64,000 bases of DNA from NCBI GenBank assembly GCA_030425195.1, contig JAUIAV010000025.1, positions 2,877 to 66,876 on the forward strand. The letters are read 5' to 3'. Made by a program: the position numbers and the translations under genes. This DNA is from Gammaproteobacteria bacterium. Its GTDB lineage: Bacteria > Pseudomonadota > Gammaproteobacteria > Pseudomonadales > Azotimanducaceae. This document shows, piece by piece, positions 27,908 to 36,685 of this stretch (positions are counted from its first letter, which is position 1; every line of letters begins with the position of its first letter). The notes below the pieces were generated by a model. The model ran no database searches and had not been told where the DNA came from. It worked only from the letters and a program-made list of their open reading frames with translations.

Positions 27908-29907
27908 CGCCCGCTCAACGTCTGATAGACCGCGGAGAGCTTCTCGGGCAGGTCTTCGATCTCGTCGATGATCAGGTAGCGATGCGGTGGACACATGCGT
28001 TTGAGATAGTCGTTTCCGGACTTGTCCACCGTCACGCAGAAGACCTCGACCCCTTTGCTCTGAGCCTCCGTCAGCGCCCTGGCCGTGTCCTGCAGGCCGT
28101 ATTCGTGATCGCCCCGTTCCGGACCGTAATCTGAATCCTGGGGAAAGCCGTCGGACAGGATGATGAGAATCTTCATGGCATTGCCGCTGCTCACCAGCTT
28201 GGTTGCCGCGTGCCGTATGGCCGGACCCATGCGGGTGCTGCGACGTGGTTTCATGCTGGCGATGGCATCCAGTGTCCGCTGCGTAAACGGCTCGTTCGGT
28301 TCCTTGGCCACGTAGAACTCCACACAATCGCGCCCGTATCCCGAGAAACCGTAGATGCCGTAGCTGTCGCCGAGCCGCTCCAGGGCCGCGGACATCACCA
28401 GCATGGACTCCCGCTGCACGTCGATGATCCGCCGGCGGTCTTCCGGAGATGCCAGATCGAGGCTGAAGTCATCGTCGTAGGGGTCCCGGAGGTTGACGTC
28501 CATGCCGTCCGGCATAGGCGGAGGCGGTTCGGGCGGCTCTATGGGGTCGTCCGTCGAGGCGGACAGGTCCACCAGAAACGCGGCGCAGACGTCCCGGTGC
28601 ACGCGGTCCTTACGGGAATAGACCCGTTCGTCCGGACTGATACCGGCCCGCACGTCCTGGCGGGCATCCATCAGCGCGTTGAAGTCCAGCTCATCGCCGT
28701 CGGCCACCCGCTTCACCCGCTGATAGCCGAGCGGCTTGATCTGTTCGAGCTGATGCATCACCGACGCCGCATGCTGCTGGATGACGCGTTTCAGCTCCGC
28801 GGGATCCGATTTGCCGTCGCTCTCGAGCCGCTCTTCAAACAGACGGCACCAGTGCCGGAGATAGCGGCGCTCGAGGTAGTTCCATTCGTCGTAGCGGTAG
28901 CTCCGGGTACCCGGCGTGACGGTGCCGAGGGCATCCCTGACACTGGAACGCTCCATGTCCAGCCTGCGTTTCAGGTTGTCCCGTTCGTCTGACAGCGCCC
29001 GTATGGCCACGTTCTCGTCTCTGAGCGTCGCATTTTCCAGTGACTCTGCAGAGGCGGCGTCCACCTCGGATTCCTCCAGCAGCTCCAGGAAGAGCGTCTG
29101 GTCGATCTGATCCAGGGATTCCTCCCAGTCCTCCATGCGCGCTTCACGCTGCATCCACTCGAGGGCATCGTCTTCGGCGGCGACGGCCAGCTCGGCCATC
29201 TGCTCCGGAAAGGCGTCCGGTGGCGGCAGAAGGGGCAGGCAGCCCAGATAGAGTTCGAGCGCCAGTTCTGCCGCGTCGTAGACGTCCGCCCGGTCGGTGT
29301 CGAGGTGCTCGAGCGCATCCAGGGCGTCGGCTGCCAGGCCGGTCCCGTCGTCCACGGAGTCTCTGGGAGCGCCTTTCGCCACTGCCTCGATGGCATCGAT
29401 GAGATCCCAGACGTCGTCGACCTGCACGGTGCCGGAGAACCGGTACGTCCGGTAACGGTCGAGATGCCGGGCGAGACCCGGGTAGCGGCCGAGCAGCCGG
29501 TACGTGATCCGGGCTTCCTCGCAGGCGAGAAACAGACGTTTCAGGAGTCCGGGGTGCGGCACACGGCTGAAGAAGGCCGTGAAGTCGCTGGCTCTGAGCC
29601 GGACATCGGGTGTGGGCAGCTTCGACAGCGCTGGAATCCGCCCGCGGGCTTCCTCAAAGTCGAACCGGTAGGTACCGAACTCCTTCTGTCCGAGCTGCAG
29701 CATCACCAGGACCCGGTAGGCGGCCGGATCCGGGTAGTCCAGTTCGTCCGGTACGTAGACCGTGTCCACGGCCATGGCGGTCTGATCGTCTTCGAGACTG
29801 AACTGCCGCTGACCGAACTCGCTGACCGGTTTGATGTGGTAGTAGTGGCCGGCAATGCCCTCGGCGAAGAGGGTCAGCGCGGCCTCGACGTCGACGAGCG
29901 CTACCAC
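27904..29907 (-). CDS. CbbO/NorD-family VWA-domain adaptor protein
   Basis: 667 aa with a long helical N-region and a C-terminal VWA domain carrying MIDAS DxSxS (FLVDLSASTDD). Starts 10 nt downstream of the CbbQ/NorQ ATPase gene. GTG start. Confidence 0.85.
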   Translation of the reverse strand: MVALVDVEAALTLFAEGIAGHYYHIKPVSEFGQRQFSLEDDQTAMAVDTVYVPDELDYPDPAAYRVLVMLQLGQKEFGTYRFDFEEARGRIPALSKLPTPDVRLRASDFTAFFSRVPHPGLLKRLFLACEEARITYRLLGRYPGLARHLDRYRTYRFSGTVQVDDVWDLIDAIEAVAKGAPRDSVDDGTGLAADALDALEHLDTDRADVYDAAELALELYLGCLPLLPPPDAFPEQMAELAVAAEDDALEWMQREARMEDWEESLDQIDQTLFLELLEESEVDAASAESLENATLRDENVAIRALSDERDNLKRRLDMERSSVRDALGTVTPGTRSYRYDEWNYLERRYLRHWCRLFEERLESDGKSDPAELKRVIQQHAASVMHQLEQIKPLGYQRVKRVADGDELDFNALMDARQDVRAGISPDERVYSRKDRVHRDVCAAFLVDLSASTDDPIEPPEPPPPMPDGMDVNLRDPYDDDFSLDLASPEDRRRIIDVQRESMLVMSAALERLGDSYGIYGFSGYGRDCVEFYVAKEPNEPFTQRTLDAIASMKPRRSTRMGPAIRHAATKLVSSGNAMKILIILSDGFPQDSDYGPERGDHEYGLQDTARALTEAQSKGVEVFCVTVDKSGNDYLKRMCPPHRYLIIDEIEDLPEKLSAVYQTLSGR

Positions 29908-29917
29908 CGTGCCGGTC

Positions 29918-30772
29918 TCAGGGCAGGATGACGTCGACGATGTCGGCGATGGCCTGCTGCACGGCCTCGTCGTCGGAGACCGCGCTGATGATGCCGATTT
30001 CCGCGGCGCGGCGGGGCTCGATACCCTGCTGCATCAGGCTGCCGGCGTAGATCAGCAGGCGTGTGCTCACCCCTTCCTCGAAGCCGTGCTCGCGCAGATT
30101 CCGCACCTTGGCTCCGATCAGGGCCAGGCGCTCTGCGACCGGTCGCTCGACGCCGGATTCGTGCGCGATGATGGTCGCCTCCCGCCCCTCGTCCGGATAG
30201 TCGAACGTGAGGCTGACGAACCGCTGCCGCGTGCTCGGTTTCAGATCCTTGAGCACACTCTGGTAGCCGGGGTTGTAGGAAATCACGAGCAGGAAGTCCG
30301 GATGGGCGGCGAGGAGCTCACCGGTCTTGTCGATGGGCAGCAGGCGACGGTGGTCGGTCAGCGCATGGATGAGCACCGTGGTGTCCTTGCGTGCCTCGAC
30401 GATCTCGTCCAGGTAGCAGATGGCACCGTTGCGCACGGACTGGGTAAGTGGTCCATCCCGCCACACGGTATCGTCGCCCTGAAGCAGAAAACGGCCCACC
30501 ATGTCGGTGGCCGTGAGGTCTTCGTGGCAGGCGATGGTCATCAGCGGTACGTCGAGATCGCTCGCGCGCTGATCGCGATACAGGCGCCAGGCCATGTGTT
30601 CCACGAAACGGGTCTTGCCGCAGCCCGTTGGACCCTTCAGCAGCACGGGCAGCCGGGCATGGTAGGCGGCTTCGAACAGCGTCACCTCGTCGGCCAGGGC
30701 CAGGTAGTAGGGCTCTTCGCGCAGCTCGACCGGGTCTGCCCGGTGGCCGGATTCGTTCAATGCTGTGCTCAT
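29918..30772 (-). CDS. CbbQ/NirQ/NorQ-family MoxR AAA+ ATPase
   Basis: Walker [11 protein letters not shown] and Walker [11 protein letters not shown]. About 284 aa with typical CbbQ sequence (EEPYYL...VTLFEAAY). Confidence 0.92.
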   Translation of the reverse strand: MSTALNESGHRADPVELREEPYYLALADEVTLFEAAYHARLPVLLKGPTGCGKTRFVEHMAWRLYRDQRASDLDVPLMTIACHEDLTATDMVGRFLLQGDDTVWRDGPLTQSVRNGAICYLDEIVEARKDTTVLIHALTDHRRLLPIDKTGELLAAHPDFLLVISYNPGYQSVLKDLKPSTRQRFVSLTFDYPDEGREATIIAHESGVERPVAERLALIGAKVRNLREHGFEEGVSTRLLIYAGSLMQQGIEPRRAAEIGIISAVSDDEAVQQAIADIVDVILP

Positions 30773-31665
30773 GCGGGGGTGTAGATCTCGCTGCCTTTTC
30801 GATAGGTGAAGAAGTTTACGGCCGGGTTCCGGTTCACCAGGTTGCGACGGTACATGGGATGCGCGAGCGAACGGACCTCGTGCTCGATTTCCGCCAGGGT
30901 CTGACCGCTGTCAGGATCGACGATGCTCTGAAACCGGTACTGATGCGCGTCCGATTCCTCGCTGATCAGGGATCGCTCGTTCAGCCAGGCGTGTGGCCCG
31001 GAGAAATTGCTCACGTAGACGGCGATGTGGTGGCCGTCGTAGTCGGCGATGGGTTCATCCGTCTCCGCGAAGCGCATTTCCTGATTGCTGCTCATCTTCA
31101 CCCGGGCGACGCCGGCCGATGCGGTAGCCGGGCAGCCGATCACTTCGCGATAGAAGCGGGCGATGCCTTCGCTGGTATCCGGAGCCACCTGCATCTCCAC
31201 GTACGGCATCCCCAGGTCCATCAGAGGAAACACGCCGGGCGGATAGGCGCGGATCCGGTTACCCCAGGGGCAGGTGAGGGCGATATGGTCCGCCTGCTCT
31301 TCCCAGCCGAACGCCGTATCCGGCATCTGTCTGGCGATGAAGCCGAGTCGTTTCTTCAGCTCCTCGAGATCGGGCACCACCACGGCGATGTGCCCGCGGA
31401 ACACCTGGGCGTCCGCCTTCGGGAGATGAAACTGCTGTTCGCCCAGGTTCACCCACATGTTCAGAGTCCCGAAATCGATGTACGGGTCACGGGTGAAGCC
31501 GAGGCCGGTCACGTAGAACAGCGCTGCGATGCCCTGGTCCGGCACGGTCAGATTCACGTGCTCGAGCATGATGATGTTGCCCACGTCTTCCGTGGCCCGG
31601 TCGAACTCCGGTGCGGCTGCGCCGGTCTGCTCTGCCTTTTCTGTTTTTTGTGCCTGTTCTGCCAC
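30769..31665 (-). CDS. Two-module VOC (glyoxalase/extradiol dioxygenase-like) fold protein, function unknown
   Basis: Two beta-alpha-beta-beta-beta-like modules: [24 protein letters not shown]... and [23 protein letters not shown]...HHIAVYV. The stop overlaps the cbbQ-like start (ATGA at 30769-30772). Confidence 0.55.
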   Translation of the reverse strand: MAEQAQKTEKAEQTGAAAPEFDRATEDVGNIIMLEHVNLTVPDQGIAALFYVTGLGFTRDPYIDFGTLNMWVNLGEQQFHLPKADAQVFRGHIAVVVPDLEELKKRLGFIARQMPDTAFGWEEQADHIALTCPWGNRIRAYPPGVFPLMDLGMPYVEMQVAPDTSEGIARFYREVIGCPATASAGVARVKMSSNQEMRFAETDEPIADYDGHHIAVYVSNFSGPHAWLNERSLISEESDAHQYRFQSIVDPDSGQTLAEIEHEVRSLAHPMYRRNLVNRNPAVNFFTYRKGSEIYTPA

Positions 31666-31777
31666 GTCCTGCCCCCTGTCCGCGTGCGCTCAACGACTTT
31701 AACCGCGCGGGCGGTGAGATGCGAGAAGGGCCAGCGACCCTGCGCTATAGTGAGCGTCGGTCACTTGTGGATGCGCT

Positions 31778-32887
31778 GTGATGACGGACGGCACTGATGC
31801 ACAATCCGATACGGATACCCTGCTGGATGCCACCACGGCGCTGATCCCGCCACTGCTGACGGCGCTGGATGCACTGGCGTATGCAGGGCGCCACCTGCAT
31901 CCGCCCGCGCTGGCCGAGCTGGTGCCGGGTGTGGCCAGGTTCCGGGAACCTCTGGCAGAAGGGCTGACGGCGTTCCAGGCCATCGACTGGCCCGAGCATC
32001 TGACCCGTTTCGCGGAGCATTCGGCGCGGGCGGGCGAAGAGGCGCTCAAGGCTTATGACGGCCTGGCGAACTGCCTGACCCAGAGTAATCCGGTCATGGG
32101 CGCTTACCGGGCCATGAGCTTCAGTACCCGGGCCGTGGAGGCTCTGTATCCCGTCTCATCCATGCTGCCGCCGGTGAGCCGTTTCTACCTTTCCGAAAAC
32201 CATCGCGGCGACGAGTCGCTGCAGGCTCGGCTTGCGGCGTCGGACGCGGGCCGGGACGGGGTGGGTGTGATGCACGCCGCCAATGAGGTCACGGAGCGGG
32301 GTGGATTTTCGCTCTATGTACCGGAGTACTACGATGGCGGCGAGGCCATGCCGCTCGTCGTGGCGTTACATGGGGGCAGCGGTCACGGGCGGAGCTTCCT
32401 CTGGAGCTGGCTGAGGGATGCCCGCAGCCGCGGGGTGATTCTGGCAAGCGCCACTTCCCGGGAAGGCACCTGGTCGCTGATGGGGCCGGATGTGGACAGC
32501 GCGGGTCTGGATGCCATCGTCCACCGGGTATCCGAACACTGGCGTGTGGATGAAGCGCGGGTGCTGCTGACCGGCATGTCCGACGGCGGCACCTTCTCCT
32601 ACCTCAGCGGTCTGCGCCCGGATGCCCCCTTTACCCACCTTGCACCCATTGCGGCAAGCTTCCACCCCATGCTGATCGAAGTTGCGGAAGCCGGGCGTCT
32701 CCAGGGACTGCCCGTCTACCTGACGCACGGCGCCCTGGACTGGATGTTCGACGTGGAGGTGGCGCGGGTCGCTCGGGAATCGCTGACCCGTGCGGGTGTG
32801 GATCTCACCTATCGGGAGATCGAGGACCTGTCTCACACCTACCCGCGCGAGGAAAACGACCGGATTCTCGACTGGCTGCTCGCCTGA
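31778..32887 (+). CDS. Alpha/beta-hydrolase (phospholipase/carboxylesterase-type) with an unknown ~170-aa N-terminal domain
   Basis: PLVVALHGGSGHG, nucleophile elbow GMSDGG, and a late HG..D.M region. The N-terminal half is unrecognised. The ATG at 31781 is an alternative start. Confidence 0.7.
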   Translation: MMTDGTDAQSDTDTLLDATTALIPPLLTALDALAYAGRHLHPPALAELVPGVARFREPLAEGLTAFQAIDWPEHLTRFAEHSARAGEEALKAYDGLANCLTQSNPVMGAYRAMSFSTRAVEALYPVSSMLPPVSRFYLSENHRGDESLQARLAASDAGRDGVGVMHAANEVTERGGFSLYVPEYYDGGEAMPLVVALHGGSGHGRSFLWSWLRDARSRGVILASATSREGTWSLMGPDVDSAGLDAIVHRVSEHWRVDEARVLLTGMSDGGTFSYLSGLRPDAPFTHLAPIAASFHPMLIEVAEAGRLQGLPVYLTHGALDWMFDVEVARVARESLTRAGVDLTYREIEDLSHTYPREENDRILDWLLA

Positions 32888-32912
32888 TGTGTCTGCTCCG
32901 CAGCAGGGGGTG

Positions 32913-33224
32913 TCAGCCCCGGCTGATGGGGAAAGGCACCTCGGTGGCCTCGTAGCACTTCAGGTCCATGCTGCGCGGCGCCGCTGCGGCCATGGCGGCG
33001 TTGAATGCCGCCATGTGCGGAGTCGCAAAATGCGCCTTCAGCGCCGCCTCGTCCTCCCAGCATTCCGTGATCCGGAGCCGGTTGGGATCCGAGAGCTCCA
33101 CGGCGAAGGTGTAGTCGTGACAGCCCGCTTCCTCACGGCTGGCCTTTTCCATGGTGGTGATGGCGTCCCGGACGGCGGCGATGTTGTCGGCCGTGGTGTC
33201 GATGCTGACAACGATGACGAGCAT
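32913..33224 (-). CDS. Antibiotic-biosynthesis-monooxygenase (ABM/YgiN-like) domain protein
   Basis: 103 aa with an ABM pattern (EAGCHDYTF..D.....I.E.W.DEAALKAHF.TPHM). Confidence 0.8.
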   Translation of the reverse strand: MLVIVVSIDTTADNIAAVRDAITTMEKASREEAGCHDYTFAVELSDPNRLRITECWEDEAALKAHFATPHMAAFNAAMAAAAPRSMDLKCYEATEVPFPISRG

Positions 33225-33262
33225 GATGCTGTTCTCCTCTGATTGCGTTCGGGCAGCGGCGG

Positions 33263-34267
33263 TCAGCCGGTTGCCGGTTGCCCTTCGGTGCCCTGCCAGA
33301 GTTCTTCCTGGCCGGACCCTGCGGAACGTCCGAACCAGCTCATGGCCTCCTGCACACGCTCCTGCACCGACATGAAGGGCGAATCGAGCGCTTCAACCTG
33401 GCGCAGTCGCGGCAGCAGGCCTTCATTGTTGGCGATCTGAATGGACAGCCCCGGCCGGGCGTTGAGCTCGAGCAGCAGCGGTCCCTGGTGTCGATCGATG
33501 ACGATGTCGCAGCCCAGATAGCCGAGACGGGTGGCTTCGTAGGAGCTGGCTGCCAGCCGCAGCAGCGAGGACCAGTTCGGTACCTGGATCCGGCTGAGAT
33601 CGGCGTTCGTGTCCGGGTGCTGCCGGACCAGCCGGTTGTGCTGCACGGCGGCGATCGCCTGCCCGGTGCCGATGTCCAGGCCGACGCCCACCGCTCCCTG
33701 GTGCAGGTTCGCTTTTCCATCCGACTCGCGGGTCGCCAGCCGCAGCATGCCCATGACGGGAAAACCCTGAAAGACGATCAGCCGGATGTCCGGTACCCCT
33801 TCGAAGCTCACGGCTTCGAAGGCATCCGTGGTTTCCACCAGGGATTCGATGATGGCGACATCCGGGCGGCCGCCGAGGGAATGCAGGCCGCTGATGGTGT
33901 TCGTGAGGTGCCGCTTGATTCCGGCGATGTCGACGATGCCACCGCTCGATTTCACATAGCCTTCCGGCCTGCGGCCGCGTATCACCAGAATGCCCTTGCC
34001 GCCGCTGCCCTGCGCAGGCTTGATGACGAAGCTGTTGAGGTGCTCGAGCAGCTCCGCGATGTCCTCGATCTCGTGCTGAGTGGAGATGGTATGCAGCAGC
34101 TCCGGAACTCTCAGACCCACCTTGCGGGCCATGAGCTTGGTCTTCAGCTTGTTGTCCACCAGCGGGTAGTTCGAGCGGTCGTTATAGCGGCTGATGTAGG
34201 CGACATTCCGCCGGTTCATGCCGAGCACACCGATCCGTCGAAGGCGCCAGGGGGATATCCAGTTCAT
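33263..34267 (-). CDS. Alpha-L-glutamate ligase-like (RimK-related ATP-grasp) protein
   Basis: GVLGMNRRNVAYI..., FVIKPAQGSGGKGILV, and DIRLIVF...LNARPGL ATP-grasp motifs. The ATG overlaps the upstream stop (ATGA 34264-34267). The track ORF (604 aa) is a read-through. Confidence 0.85.
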   Translation of the reverse strand: MNWISPWRLRRIGVLGMNRRNVAYISRYNDRSNYPLVDNKLKTKLMARKVGLRVPELLHTISTQHEIEDIAELLEHLNSFVIKPAQGSGGKGILVIRGRRPEGYVKSSGGIVDIAGIKRHLTNTISGLHSLGGRPDVAIIESLVETTDAFEAVSFEGVPDIRLIVFQGFPVMGMLRLATRESDGKANLHQGAVGVGLDIGTGQAIAAVQHNRLVRQHPDTNADLSRIQVPNWSSLLRLAASSYEATRLGYLGCDIVIDRHQGPLLLELNARPGLSIQIANNEGLLPRLRQVEALDSPFMSVQERVQEAMSWFGRSAGSGQEELWQGTEGQPATG

Positions 34268-35763
34268 CGGGGTTCGAAGCTCGCGAACCGGCGCAGCTCC
34301 AGCAACCGGTAGCCGGTGTAGCGGCCGATCACCATCACCAGCGCCAGGATGGCCAGGTGCAGCTCCGGAAAATTGAATGCCAGGTGCCGGACGAGCCCCA
34401 CGTCCATCAGCAGGAAGGCGAGGGTGGCCACCAGCAGGCTGCCTCCACCCTGAAGCAGGACTTCCTTCGGTCCTTCCTCCTCCCAGATGATGGACATCCG
34501 CTCGATGGTCCAGGCGAGGATGATCATGGGGAAGAAAGTGATGGTCAGGCCGCCGATGAGTCCGAGCTGGTAACTGACCACGCTGAACACCGAGATGATG
34601 CCGATCACCAGGATCACCAGCGTCGCGATCCGCGCCACCAGAAGCAGGTTCAGGCTGGAAAGGTACGAGCGGATCAGAAGACCGAAGGCCACCACCAGAA
34701 TGAAGCTGGCGAGCCCGGGCAGCAGATCCGTCTGGAGAAATGCCAGGGCGATGAGCACCGGCATGAAGGTGCCCGACGTGCGCACGCCCACCAGAATCCG
34801 CATGAAGACGACCACGAGCGCGCCAACGGGAAGCAGCATGATCAGCTTGAACATGCCCTGCTCGGCGATGGGGAGACTGTACAGAGAGAGCGCGAATCCG
34901 GGTTCCCGGGATTCCTCTGCCAGCTCCAGCATGGATCGGTCCTGACTGATCATCGAGAAGGTCACCCGGGAGCTGGTGCCGCCGATGACTTCGAATACGG
35001 CCGGTGTCTCGGTCTGCCAGAGCAGCAGTTTCTCCGAATCCGGGACGGGCCCGGTGGTGGGATGGTAGAGACGCCACCGGTCCCCCTGCCAGACCTGCAC
35101 GTGCTCCATCAGCGCCTGCCGGCGTCGACCATCCTCCAGCAGAAGCACCTGCACGGACCTGGCCGGAATGCCTGCGGTTGTCAGAAGCCTGGCCAGGAGC
35201 TCCGGATCGTCATAGCGGTCCTTGAGCAGGCTCATGTTCTGATCGGCCGGTGTGCTGGTCATCAGATTGACGAGCTGTACCGCCATGGAGTGTGCGTCGG
35301 CGGTGATCGGCAGCAGGGAATCGATCACCTGCCGGGCGGCAGTCAGGTACGGCTCGTCCCAGCGGGGCGGGATCAGAGCACCGGGCGGAATGGGTTCGAC
35401 GATCTGTGCCGGGTCTTCGACGACGGGCAGGCTGTAGAAAAGGGCCTGCTGACCTTCCGCGTGGCGTTTGGTCCAGTGAGCGCGCCGCTGCTCGGCGTTC
35501 CTGTCCACGTCGAATCCGAAGCCGGGCGCCGCACCGGTGCCTTCCAGGAGCCGGAAGCCGGTCTGCTCCGGCGGCAGGGTCAGAAAGATCTGCGTGGGGC
35601 CTCCGAGGGCCGTGTACTCAATCCGGGCCTCCACCTGCCAGACCGTCTGCTGCTCACCCGGCAGCAGCGGGATACGGTATTCCTGGTGGCGGAACCCGGC
35701 CGTGCCGACGCCCGCCGCGAAGAGCAGGAGCACGAGAAATAGGAACGGGCCTCGGTTTGTCAC
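34264..35763 (-). CDS. Transglutaminase-like periplasmic domain fused to a 7-TM domain (UUP1 / inactive transglutaminase family)
   Basis: An N-terminal TM, a soluble domain of about 280 aa, then about 7 hydrophobic helices (FKLIMLLPVG...). Sits between the protease and the ATP-grasp gene as in the known cassette. GTG start. Confidence 0.75.
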   Translation of the reverse strand: MTNRGPFLFLVLLLFAAGVGTAGFRHQEYRIPLLPGEQQTVWQVEARIEYTALGGPTQIFLTLPPEQTGFRLLEGTGAAPGFGFDVDRNAEQRRAHWTKRHAEGQQALFYSLPVVEDPAQIVEPIPPGALIPPRWDEPYLTAARQVIDSLLPITADAHSMAVQLVNLMTSTPADQNMSLLKDRYDDPELLARLLTTAGIPARSVQVLLLEDGRRRQALMEHVQVWQGDRWRLYHPTTGPVPDSEKLLLWQTETPAVFEVIGGTSSRVTFSMISQDRSMLELAEESREPGFALSLYSLPIAEQGMFKLIMLLPVGALVVVFMRILVGVRTSGTFMPVLIALAFLQTDLLPGLASFILVVAFGLLIRSYLSSLNLLLVARIATLVILVIGIISVFSVVSYQLGLIGGLTITFFPMIILAWTIERMSIIWEEEGPKEVLLQGGGSLLVATLAFLLMDVGLVRHLAFNFPELHLAILALVMVIGRYTGYRLLELRRFASFEPR

Positions 35764-35775
35764 GTATCGGGGGCG

Positions 35776-36567
35776 CTACGGCCCTTCAGGCGGTGAGTAA
35801 CGAGGCTGAATGAATTGTTTGCCGACGTCAACGAGGGTGACATCCGCCAGGAAGTTGCGGCCGAGAATCAGCTCGTTCTCCAGGTGTGACCGGTCGGCCA
35901 GCGTGAACTCGAAGGTGTCCTGTATCTCGCCGATCCGCACCCGCATTTCCACCACCGGGCGCCGGGAACCGCTGGGATCCGCCTGCTGAACGACCCGCAC
36001 GTGACGAAGAATCCGCTCCTCGACGGTGACGGAATCCTTTTCGTTGATCATCATGTCGAAGCGTACCCAGTCTTCACCGTCGCGTTCGAAGGGCACCAGA
36101 TTTTCCGCATGCAGCGAGCTGGAGGTGGCCCCCGTATCGATGCGGGCGACCACGGTCACACCGGGCGGCTCTATGTAGACGTACTCGAGTTCACCGACGA
36201 GCATCTTGTCGGCGCTCACGATCACACGGGCCACTTCCTCGCATTGAGCGACCGCCTCAGGCTCCGGGCAGCTGAGCTGCAGACTGTCCGGGAGCGTGCG
36301 GATCTGTTCGTCCAGATCGGCCAGTCGGGCATCGAGTGCTGCCCTGCCGGTCAGGTCACTGCTCTGGATCGCCGTCAGCGCCGCCTCGGAGCGGGACAGC
36401 TGTGTCGACAGTCCATCGATCTGGGCCGAAACATCGTCCAGCGTGGTCTGATCGGGGTCGAACTCCGTCTGCAGACAGCCGCCCAGGGCAATGCCCGCGA
36501 GGAGAATCGCGCAGAGTCTGACTAGCTTCGGCCTGTTGTCCGGCCGTATTCCCGGTGCAGTGTCCAT
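35776..36567 (-). CDS. Retropepsin-like 'ATP-dependent zinc protease' family (DUF785/RimB-like) lipoprotein with a coiled-coil N-region
   Basis: Lipobox ALGGC. C-terminal domain VARIDTGATSSSLHA...W.RF with a DTGA aspartic-protease signature, plus LILGRNFL. Confidence 0.8.
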   Translation of the reverse strand: MDTAPGIRPDNRPKLVRLCAILLAGIALGGCLQTEFDPDQTTLDDVSAQIDGLSTQLSRSEAALTAIQSSDLTGRAALDARLADLDEQIRTLPDSLQLSCPEPEAVAQCEEVARVIVSADKMLVGELEYVYIEPPGVTVVARIDTGATSSSLHAENLVPFERDGEDWVRFDMMINEKDSVTVEERILRHVRVVQQADPSGSRRPVVEMRVRIGEIQDTFEFTLADRSHLENELILGRNFLADVTLVDVGKQFIQPRYSPPEGP

Positions 36568-36632
36568 GTGCCCATCCCGTCAGGGGTGCGGCGTAGTCTA
36601 ACGGCCGGTGGCGGCGTGACAAGCTTTCGATG

Positions 36633-36648
36633 CTGTACATATATACAG
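36633..36648. promoter_or_regulatory. LexA (SOS) box overlapping a putative promoter
   Basis: tgCTGTacatatatACAGta is a perfect CTGT-N8-ACAG with an AT-rich core. It overlaps the -10 (TATATA 36640-36645) of GTGACA(36616-36621)-N18-TATATA, 37 nt upstream of the radical SAM ATG. Confidence 0.7.
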
Positions 36649-36685
36649 TATTGGGATAGCCTGAACGGCCGGAAAGGGATGACGG

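Noticed and set aside
27904-30772. Calling the CbbQ/CbbO-like pair a Rubisco activase or a NorQ/NorD NO-reductase activator.
   Set aside because: No Rubisco (cbbL/S/M), carboxysome, norCB or nir genes are present anywhere in the window. The pair is instead translationally coupled to a VOC-fold gene, so I kept a family-level call only.
33263-35077. Track ORFs with very long N-terminal extensions: 604 aa here, 534 aa at 60560-62164, 370 aa at 4445-5557, 337 aa at 57985-58998 and 182 aa at 13832-14380.
   Set aside because: The extensions read through the upstream gene in another frame and have junk-like composition. Internal starts with RBSs or ATGA/GTGA coupling reproduce the normal family N-termini, so I trimmed the genes accordingly.
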